Shown one piece after another: positions 7,851-15,390 of a stretch of 34,551 nt of DNA. Both the position numbers and the translations under genes were made by a program. Under the pieces are notes generated by a model. It was not told where the DNA came from. It did no database searches and saw nothing but the letters and a program-made list of their open reading frames with translations. Every line of letters begins with the position of its first letter. Within the stretch, counting starts at the first letter, position 1. Source of the DNA: Verrucomicrobiota bacterium (GTDB lineage Bacteria; Verrucomicrobiota; Verrucomicrobiia; Opitutales; Opitutaceae); the NCBI GenBank assembly GCA_031392885.1, contig JANMVS010000396.1:1-34551 (forward strand), in the 5' to 3' direction.

Positions 7851-8967
7851 GGCACGCTCCCGCTCCCTTCGTCCCGACAAAACGGGCATGGTGCAAATCG
7901 CGGCCAGCCTTGGGGTTTCCGCATCTACTGTATCGCGGGCCCTGCGACCGGAAACCGCCCACTTGGTCCGCGCCGATCGCCGCAAGCAGATCATGGACTT
8001 GGCCGAGAAACAGCATTTCTCCCCCAATTTGGGTGCTCGCATCATGCGGAAGGGCACCCACGCAACCCTGACGGTGGTCGTCCCGCTGGACGAAAATATT
8101 TTCTTTTCGGAATACTATGGGCGGTTTCTGGCGGGCACCCTGCATGCCGCCGCCGCCCGCGGCTGGGGCGTGCACATATCAACCCTGCGCCGGGGGGAGA
8201 GTGCGAATTTCCGGCAAGCCATGCAGCAAATGGGCATGGATTCCTCCGGAATCATCTATCTGGCCGAACCCCTGAGCCGGCTGGAACTGGATGAATTGAA
8301 GGGCTACCGCCGCCCCATCGTGCTCGCCAAGTCAACCCTGCCCCAAGGCGTCGATGTGCGTGAGCTGGGTTTGTCCGTGGTGGGGGTCGACAACCTAAAC
8401 GGCGCCCGCTCGGTCGCCAGCTTGCTGCTGCAACTGGGCCACACGCGGATTGGGCTTCTGCTGGGCCCCGAGGGATCCCGCGATGCCCACGAGCGCAAGC
8501 AAGGTTATCTCGAGATGCTGCAGAACGCCGGGCATTTGCCCCGGCCCGAATGGATCTACAGCGGTGCTTTCAGTGCCGAGAGTGGACGCGCCGGAATCGA
8601 GCGAATCCTGCAAGGCGCCGAACAGCCGACGGCGATCTGCTGCGCGAATGATGAGATCGCGTTCGGCGCCATGCATGCCGCCCACGTCGCGGGAGTTCGT
8701 TGCCCGGATGATATCTCGATTGTGGGTTTTGACGACGGCCTTTGGGCCACGGCATGCCGGCCAGCCCTCACCACCATCCGGCAGCCGCTGGCCGATTTGG
8801 CCGAGCGAGCGGTCGGTCTGATCGTGGAGTCAGCGGGCAACCCGGGACGTTCCCGGGGGGTCATCGTGGATGACATGCCTGCGCCCATGATGATTCGAGA
8901 CTCGACCCGGCCGCTGCGCGTCACCCGGCCGCCGGTCGGACGGCACGATCAAGCGGGTCGCGCTTAA
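7849..8967 (+). CDS. LacI-family transcriptional regulator
   Basis: N-terminal HTH QIAASLGVSASTVSRAL with hinge FSPNLGARIM; sugar-binding domain motifs VGVDNLNGA, PTAICCANDEIAFG, ISIVGFDD, PALTTIRQP. Confidence 0.95.
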   Translation: MARSRSLRPDKTGMVQIAASLGVSASTVSRALRPETAHLVRADRRKQIMDLAEKQHFSPNLGARIMRKGTHATLTVVVPLDENIFFSEYYGRFLAGTLHAAAARGWGVHISTLRRGESANFRQAMQQMGMDSSGIIYLAEPLSRLELDELKGYRRPIVLAKSTLPQGVDVRELGLSVVGVDNLNGARSVASLLLQLGHTRIGLLLGPEGSRDAHERKQGYLEMLQNAGHLPRPEWIYSGAFSAESGRAGIERILQGAEQPTAICCANDEIAFGAMHAAHVAGVRCPDDISIVGFDDGLWATACRPALTTIRQPLADLAERAVGLIVESAGNPGRSRGVIVDDMPAPMMIRDSTRPLRVTRPPVGRHDQAGRA

Positions 8968-9129
8968 GTCTGCAACGGATTGCAGCCTATCGGTTGGCGA
9001 GTTGGTTTCGCGTTAAGAGGCACTGGGGTGGTCAGATTCGCCAGGATGTTTTGTTTTCCAGAGGCAAAAATATCATGCCCCGGCGCATCTGTTCGACCCG
9101 ACAGATAATGTTTTTTTGGCACTAATAGC

Positions 9130-9157
9130 TTGTAATGCAAACGTTGTCATTTACGAT
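9130..9157 (+). promoter_or_regulatory. Sigma70-like promoter with a LacI-type operator in the spacer
   Basis: TTGTAA (9130-9135), 16 nt, TACGAT (9152-9157); imperfect palindrome ATGCAAACGTTGTCAT at 9135-9150; AT-rich region just upstream of the PUL's first catabolic gene. Confidence 0.65.
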
Positions 9158-9177
9158 ACTAACACCCTTAGACCGAT

Positions 9178-11949
9178 GTGCCCCCGGCATCGGCATCGTT
9201 TTTCACCCCACCCCGGCCGGAAATGTTGCTAAGCAATCCATGGCTCGCGTTGATCCGCACCCCACTCGGCGCGGCTGGGGTTGCGCTCGTGCTGTGCGCT
9301 GGGCCGGTGATCGGCACCGGGGCCACGGCCACCGAGTGCCTGCCCACGGTCGCCTTGAGCCCGGCCGACCATCGGTTGCTTGATGAGATCGAGCGGGCGG
9401 CCTTGCTTTTCTTTGTCGAGCAGGCCCATCCTCGCACCGGTTTGGTGCGCGACCGCGCCCGGGCCGATGGTTCAGCCAGTCAGGGCAAGGCCAGCGTTGC
9501 CGCCTCCGGCTTCGCCCTCACCAACTGGGTGATTGGGACGGAACGAGGCTGGGTCAACCGCCCCGAAGCGGTCGCTCGGGTGCGCGACATGCTGCGTTTC
9601 CTCGCCCGGGAGGCTCCACGCCAACATGGTTTCTTCTACCATTTCATGGAAATGGACACCGGCGCCCGGGCCTGGCAATGCGAAGTGTCATCGATCGATT
9701 CCAGTCTGCTCTATGCCGGGGCCATCGTGGCGCGCGAGTATTTCGCGGACCCGGAAATCAGCGCGCTTGTGAATCAGATGCTAAACGACGTCGATTGGCA
9801 GTGGTTCAGCAACGGGGGTAATTTCATCGCGCTCAGCTGGCATGATGAGACGGGGTTTTCGCGCTATCGCTGGAAGATTTATTCCGAACATCTGCTGATG
9901 AGCTTTCTGACGCTCGGCATCTCGCGCCAGCCGTTGGAAACCGGCTACTGGCAGAGTTGGCAGCGCCGGATGATCGGCCGCTACAACGATTATGTCTATT
10001 TGCAGGAGCCGCCCCTGTTTGTGAATCAGTTCCCCCTGGCGTATATTGACCTGCAGGGTCGCCGGGATGCCTTTGCTGACTACTTCCATAACGCCCGGCT
10101 GGCGACGTTGGCCCAGCGGCAGTTCAGTATTGATCTCCGGGCGGAATTCCCCGCCTGGAGTGGGAGCCTGTGGGGCCTGACCGCCTCGGATTCCGTCAGC
10201 GGATATAAGGCTTGGGGCGGCCCGCCGCGGACGACGCGCTATAACTCGCTGGATGGCACGATCGTGCCCTGTGCCGCGGCCGGGTCCCTGCCTTTTGCCA
10301 CCAAGGAAACGTTAAGTGTGCTGCACCAGATGCGCCTGATCTACGGCGATCGGATCTGGCAGCGCTACGGGTTTGTTGACGCCTTCAATCCGAACACGGG
10401 CTGGGTGAATCAGGACGTGATCGGCATCGATGTCGGCATCGCTGCGGTGCAGGCGGAGAATCTCCGCACGGGACTGATCCGGCGGCTCTTTATGCAGTCC
10501 CCCGAGGCCCAACTGTCGCTCAGCAAAGCGGGCTTTCTCACCTATGCGCGGGATCTGGATATCGCGCAAAGGACTGGATTGCTGGCGAAGGCCAAGCTCG
10601 CGTGGCAGGCCCTTGAAGCCCAGCCCGCCGGGCTTGGCTTGCAATTGACCGCACTTATTGCGGCGCAACAGCTGGGTTTTGTCACCGGCAATGAGCTGGT
10701 CACGGCGGCGCGCGCCTTACTCAAGTCCGACTCGGCCACTCCGGACGCCCAATACGCCGCGGCCCTCATTACCTTGCGCCAATCCGTACCCGCCTTGGCC
10801 GCCGAAGCCACCCATCGGCTTGATGCCATGCCCTGGAGCCTGCTGCCCGTGACCGTTCTCGGGCTTGGGGCGGCTTCCCGTTTGTCAGTTTTTCTGCAAA
10901 TTGCCCGCGGGATCCGCCCCGCTGCCGACTGGCTGAAGCTCAGCCGCGCCACGGTGCCACTGGGCCCGGTCCATGTGTTGGCCCCGGCTGATGTTGCCGG
11001 TGCGGTGCTGCCCGGTCTCTGGCTCGATGAAAGGGCCATCCTTTCCGGTGCTTCCGCCAGTCAACTCGCCTACGCCAGCCTTACGGACAAACATGCCGTG
11101 CCCGCAGGTCCCTTTCTCTCCAGCCTGCAGCTCGACCAATTTCCCCTCGAAGCCCTGGCGGTGCCGGCAGCGACACCTTCCACGCCGGAAGCCACTGCGG
11201 CATATGTCATCACCGTCGCCAACCTGCTCATTCCCGACTGCGTCCGGCAGGCCTTCCAGGCGGACCCGATCGTCCAGTCCGGGCGGGGGGCCATCATCGA
11301 ATTCGGCGAGGCGGCGTTTGGTCCCAACACTTCGGTCGTCGCGCAGCGCGAGCTGGCCGGCGCCCAACCGCTGGCCGCGCCCCGCCAGGCCTTGGTCGCG
11401 ACCAACGCCTCGCCCCGCGAGCACTGGGACTGGCAGACCGTGGCGGGTTTGGAATTCAAGGATTCTGATGCGGATATCCGGCCGGGTGACGCACCCTTAG
11501 CGTTCCGTTTCGCCCTGACGTGGGACGAATCCGCCCTCTACCTCCATGCCGTGGTCACCGATTCACCGGCCGGATACGCCGTGCCGGCGGAGCGTAACCG
11601 GGCGGTCGAACTCTTCATCAACCCCGCTGGCGATGGCTTCGACTGGAACAGTCTCAAGGACCATCAGTTCACCTATCGCGTGGGCATCAAGGGTTCGGAC
11701 GTCAGCAACCGGGTGCCCAACGAGGCGCGCGTTACGTCGACGGCCGATGGCTACACGGTCGAGGCCACGCTGCCTTGGTCCGCCCTCGGTCTGGCGCCTA
11801 AACCAGGTCTGGAATTCGGCCTGACCGCCGCGGCCGTCGCCGAAAGCCCCCACGAATGGGAATCGATTATCAAGCTCAACTGGTCTTGGGCGCCCCTGCG
11901 GGCCGGGGTGTTCCGGCTTGGGCATGTTCGGCTGCAGGAGAACAGATGA
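9178..11949 (+). CDS. GH144 (glucoamylase-like) beta-1,2-glucanase with a degenerate second GH144-like domain and a C-terminal CBM9-like/DOMON sugar-binding domain
   Basis: TGLVRDR, ASVAASGFAL, HGFFYHF, EVSSIDSSLL, YSE, PLFVNQF, WGLTASD, DGTIVP, YGFVDAFNP, IGIDVG..ENLRTG; C-terminal LTWDESALYL..VTD, VELFI, GYTVEATLPW. Hydrophobic N-terminus; start 9178 (GTG) or 9223 (ATG). Confidence 0.85.
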   Translation: MPPASASFFTPPRPEMLLSNPWLALIRTPLGAAGVALVLCAGPVIGTGATATECLPTVALSPADHRLLDEIERAALLFFVEQAHPRTGLVRDRARADGSASQGKASVAASGFALTNWVIGTERGWVNRPEAVARVRDMLRFLAREAPRQHGFFYHFMEMDTGARAWQCEVSSIDSSLLYAGAIVAREYFADPEISALVNQMLNDVDWQWFSNGGNFIALSWHDETGFSRYRWKIYSEHLLMSFLTLGISRQPLETGYWQSWQRRMIGRYNDYVYLQEPPLFVNQFPLAYIDLQGRRDAFADYFHNARLATLAQRQFSIDLRAEFPAWSGSLWGLTASDSVSGYKAWGGPPRTTRYNSLDGTIVPCAAAGSLPFATKETLSVLHQMRLIYGDRIWQRYGFVDAFNPNTGWVNQDVIGIDVGIAAVQAENLRTGLIRRLFMQSPEAQLSLSKAGFLTYARDLDIAQRTGLLAKAKLAWQALEAQPAGLGLQLTALIAAQQLGFVTGNELVTAARALLKSDSATPDAQYAAALITLRQSVPALAAEATHRLDAMPWSLLPVTVLGLGAASRLSVFLQIARGIRPAADWLKLSRATVPLGPVHVLAPADVAGAVLPGLWLDERAILSGASASQLAYASLTDKHAVPAGPFLSSLQLDQFPLEALAVPAATPSTPEATAAYVITVANLLIPDCVRQAFQADPIVQSGRGAIIEFGEAAFGPNTSVVAQRELAGAQPLAAPRQALVATNASPREHWDWQTVAGLEFKDSDADIRPGDAPLAFRFALTWDESALYLHAVVTDSPAGYAVPAERNRAVELFINPAGDGFDWNSLKDHQFTYRVGIKGSDVSNRVPNEARVTSTADGYTVEATLPWSALGLAPKPGLEFGLTAAAVAESPHEWESIIKLNWSWAPLRAGVFRLGHVRLQENR

Positions 11950-13352
11950 AGCGCTGGCTACCGTTTCTCTCCCTCACGCTTCTGGTCCTTCCCGGCTGGG
12001 CGGCCGCGGCGCAACCGGGTGGGCGCGTCGTCATCAACTATTGGGAAAAATGGACCGGTTTCGAGGCGGACGCGATGAAAGCCGTCATTGCCGACTTCAA
12101 CCAGTCGCAGGACCGCATCGAAGTTCACTTCCTGCCGATCAGCCCGATTGACGTGAAGCTGCTCCTCGCCGCCTCCAGCGGCAATCCCCCGGATGTGGCC
12201 GGCCTGTGGGAGTACAGCATACCGGATTTTGCCGAGAAGGGTGCGCTCCTGCCACTCGACGATGCGCTCGCGGCCGCGCATCTCGGGGCCGATCATTTCC
12301 TGCCGGCCTACTGGGAACTCGGCCGGCACCGCGGCTTCACCTGGGCCCTGCCGACGACGCCGGGTTGCATTGCCCTTTACTACAACAAAAAACTTTTCCG
12401 CGAAGCCGGACTCGATCCCGAGCGGCCGCCGCGGACCTTCGCCGAGCTCGAGGCCATGAGTCGCCAGCTCACCCGGGTTGAGATCGATCGGGGCGGACAT
12501 GTCGTCCGGGTGCCTTTCGACCAACTAACCGATGCCGAACGGCAGGGCCGGCGCTATACCATCGTCCAAGTCGGACACCTGCCGGCCGACGCAGGCATGT
12601 TCATTTCCGCCTGGGGCCTGTGGTTTGGCGCAAAATACTACGACGGCGACCGCCGCATTCTGGCCAACGATCCGGGCAGTCTCGCCACCTACCGCTGGAT
12701 GCGCGACATCGTTCTCACCTATGGTTTGGACAATCTGCGTGATTTCGGCGCCGCCTACGGCCAGGCCCAGACTTCGCAAAGCCCCTTTCTCGCCGGCAAC
12801 GCCGCCATGGTCGTCAACGGTCCGTGGCTGAAGAATTTTATTGAGAAGTACGCCCCCGACATCGAGTGGGGCGTCGCGGCCTGTCCCGCCGCCCCCGGCG
12901 TGGCGGACAACGCGCCGCGAACGCTGGTGGTGAGCGACATGGTCGTCATTCCCCGCGGTTCGAAGCACCCGCACGAGGCGTTCGAGTTCATCTGCTACCT
13001 GCAGCGGCAGGAGGTCGCGGAAAAACTCGCCCGCGCCCAGCAGAAGTTCACGGCGCTGCGCAAGGTGTCGCCGGATTTCATCGCCCACCATCCAAACCCG
13101 GCCATCGGGCTCTTTGTGGAACTGGCGCGCAGCCCGAACGCCGTCGCCGTTCCGCGGCTCTCGAACTGGCGCGAATTCGACATTGAGATGACCATCGCCG
13201 CCATGCGGGTGCGCTACCTCCTGATGTCCCCGGAGGAGGCGCTGGCCGTCGTGCAGCAGCGGATGCAGTGGCGCCACGACCGCATCATGCGCCGCTGGGA
13301 TATCGTACAGGACGAGCGGCTCGCCGAATGGAGGGAAAATGCACGCTGGTAA
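11946..13352 (+). CDS. ABC transporter sugar-binding protein (SBP family 1)
   Basis: ATG 11946 overlaps the upstream TGA (ATGA); signal peptide MKRWLPFLSLTLLVLPGWAAAA; GNPPDVA, LYYNKKLFREAGLDPERPPRT, FLAGNAAMVVNGPW. Confidence 0.92.
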   Translation: MKRWLPFLSLTLLVLPGWAAAAQPGGRVVINYWEKWTGFEADAMKAVIADFNQSQDRIEVHFLPISPIDVKLLLAASSGNPPDVAGLWEYSIPDFAEKGALLPLDDALAAAHLGADHFLPAYWELGRHRGFTWALPTTPGCIALYYNKKLFREAGLDPERPPRTFAELEAMSRQLTRVEIDRGGHVVRVPFDQLTDAERQGRRYTIVQVGHLPADAGMFISAWGLWFGAKYYDGDRRILANDPGSLATYRWMRDIVLTYGLDNLRDFGAAYGQAQTSQSPFLAGNAAMVVNGPWLKNFIEKYAPDIEWGVAACPAAPGVADNAPRTLVVSDMVVIPRGSKHPHEAFEFICYLQRQEVAEKLARAQQKFTALRKVSPDFIAHHPNPAIGLFVELARSPNAVAVPRLSNWREFDIEMTIAAMRVRYLLMSPEEALAVVQQRMQWRHDRIMRRWDIVQDERLAEWRENARW

Positions 13353-14241
13353 CCTGAGCTCCGCCGATCGCCGCCTGCTCTGGACGGGCCTGGCTTTCAT
13401 CAGCCCGTGGATCGCCGGCTTTGGCATCTTCACGCTCTACCCGGTGATCGCCTCGCTCTATTATTCGTTCTGCGATTACGACGTGCTGTCCCGGCCCATC
13501 TGGGTGGGTCTGCTGAATTACCGCGACATGACGGGGGATGATGTCTTCTGGCAGTCGCTCAGCAACACGCTGGTCTTCAGCGTCATTTCCCTGCCGCTGG
13601 GGTTGTGCCTGGCCTTGGCCCTGGCGCTGCTGCTCAACCAGCCCGTCCGCGCCCGCGGCATTTTCCGCGCCATCTATTACCTCCCGTCCCTCGTACCGGC
13701 GATCGCCAGTGCGGTGGTCTGGCTGTGGATCCTGAATGCGCGCAACGGCCTCCTGAACCAGACGCTCGCCTGGTTCGGGGTCAGCCACCCGCCGCAGTGG
13801 CTCGACGACCCCCACTGGACCAAGCCCGGCCTCGCGCTTATGGCGGTCTGGGGCTGCGGCAATACCGTCGTCATCTTTCTCGCCGCGCTCCAGGGTGTGC
13901 CGCGGGCGCTGCACGAGGCGGCCATGATCGATGGCGCCTCGCCGCTGCGCCGGCTCTGGCACGTGACGTTGCCGGCGATTTCCCCAGTGATCTATTTCAA
14001 CCTGATCATCGGTGTGATTGGCGGCCTGCAGACGTTCGTCTCGGGCTTCGTGATGCTGAACAACGGCGGGCCGGACCGCTCAGCGCTCTTCTATGCCGTC
14101 TATCTCTACCAGAATGCCTTTGAATTCCGGCAAATGGGTTACGCCTGCGCAATGGCCTGGATCCTGTTCCTGCTGACCCTGGCACTCACGTGGCTGGCGT
14201 CGCGCAGCACCCGCGGCTTCGTGCACTACCAGGGAGACTGA
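13339..14241 (+). CDS. Carbohydrate ABC transporter permease (MalF/UgpA-like)
   Basis: WVGLLNY, FWQSLSNT, EAA motif LHEAAMIDGASPLRRLWHVTLP, MGYACAMAW. Confidence 0.95.
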   Translation: MHAGNLSSADRRLLWTGLAFISPWIAGFGIFTLYPVIASLYYSFCDYDVLSRPIWVGLLNYRDMTGDDVFWQSLSNTLVFSVISLPLGLCLALALALLLNQPVRARGIFRAIYYLPSLVPAIASAVVWLWILNARNGLLNQTLAWFGVSHPPQWLDDPHWTKPGLALMAVWGCGNTVVIFLAALQGVPRALHEAAMIDGASPLRRLWHVTLPAISPVIYFNLIIGVIGGLQTFVSGFVMLNNGGPDRSALFYAVYLYQNAFEFRQMGYACAMAWILFLLTLALTWLASRSTRGFVHYQGD

Positions 14242-14243
14242 CG

Positions 14244-15350
14244 ATGCGCGCCGTGAACAAAATACTCGTCCATCTCGCGCTCGCCGCCGGCGCGGCGATT
14301 TTCCTGCTGCCTTTGCTCTGGATGCTCTCGACGGCGTTCAAGCCGCTGGAGCAGACGACCGTTCAGCCGCCACTCTGGCTGCCGTGGCGTTACTATGTGG
14401 GGGCGGGGAGTGCACGGCACGAGGTGAAGCTGGCGGCGCGGGTCACTGTTCCGAGCGTCTGGGCCACACCGGCCGGCGCCGCCGGACCGGTCGCCTTGCC
14501 GCAGGCGGATGTGCACGGGGGCGTCTGGCAGCTCAGCGGCCGCTCGGTTCCGGTGCGCGTGCATGCGACCGTGCCGGCGACCCGGGAACGCCCGTGGCAG
14601 GAAGTCGTCGAGGTGCGGACGGGCGGACATGAGCTGGTGGCGGCTGAGGGCGTGACGCGCCAGTTCGCGCCGCGCTGGGAAAATTTCGCCGGGGCGATCC
14701 AAGCGATGCAGCACTTCTGGCGCTATTTCGGCAACACGCTGCTGCTCTGCGTGCTCAACGTCACCGGCACGGTGCTCTCCAGCTCGCTGGTGGCCTACGG
14801 CTTTTCGCGCCTCGCGTGGCGCGGGCGCGACCGTGTTTTTGCCGTGCTGCTCGGCTCGATGATGATCCCGTTTCCGGTGGTGATGGTTCCGCTTTACGCG
14901 ATGTTCCGCGCGCTCGGCTGGGTGGGCACGATGCACCCGCTCTGGGTGGGGTCGCTCTGCGCGGGGGCCTTCAATGTGTTTTTACTGCGACAGTTTTTCC
15001 GCACGATCCCGCAGGAACTTTCCGAGGCGGCGCGCATCGACGGCTGCAGTGAATTCCGGATTTTCTGGCAGATCATTCTGCCGCTGTGCCGGCCCGCGCT
15101 GGTGGTAGTGGCGCTCTTCACCTTCCTCGGCACCTGGAACGATTTTCTCGGGCCGCTCATTTACCTGACGGACGAGCGCGACTTCACCCTGGCGCTGGCG
15201 CTCCAGTCCATGCAGGCGAAGAGCGGCCTGACCGACTGGCACTACATGATGGCAGCCAGCACGCTGATGATTTTGCCCATCATCGCGCTCTTCCTCGGGG
15301 CGCAACGCCATTTCATCGAGGGCATCGCCACGACCGGCAACAAGACCTGA
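14244..15350 (+). CDS. Carbohydrate ABC transporter permease (MalG/UgpE-like) with a large soluble insertion
   Basis: PLLWMLSTAFK, WENF, AYGFSRL, FLLRQFFRTIPQELSEAARIDG, WNDFLGPLIYL, AQRHFIEGI; start ATG 14244. Confidence 0.95.
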   Translation: MRAVNKILVHLALAAGAAIFLLPLLWMLSTAFKPLEQTTVQPPLWLPWRYYVGAGSARHEVKLAARVTVPSVWATPAGAAGPVALPQADVHGGVWQLSGRSVPVRVHATVPATRERPWQEVVEVRTGGHELVAAEGVTRQFAPRWENFAGAIQAMQHFWRYFGNTLLLCVLNVTGTVLSSSLVAYGFSRLAWRGRDRVFAVLLGSMMIPFPVVMVPLYAMFRALGWVGTMHPLWVGSLCAGAFNVFLLRQFFRTIPQELSEAARIDGCSEFRIFWQIILPLCRPALVVVALFTFLGTWNDFLGPLIYLTDERDFTLALALQSMQAKSGLTDWHYMMAASTLMILPIIALFLGAQRHFIEGIATTGNKT

Positions 15351-15390
15351 CCGCGAAACTTTTGTGCAATAAGCATAAACCAAAAAACCC

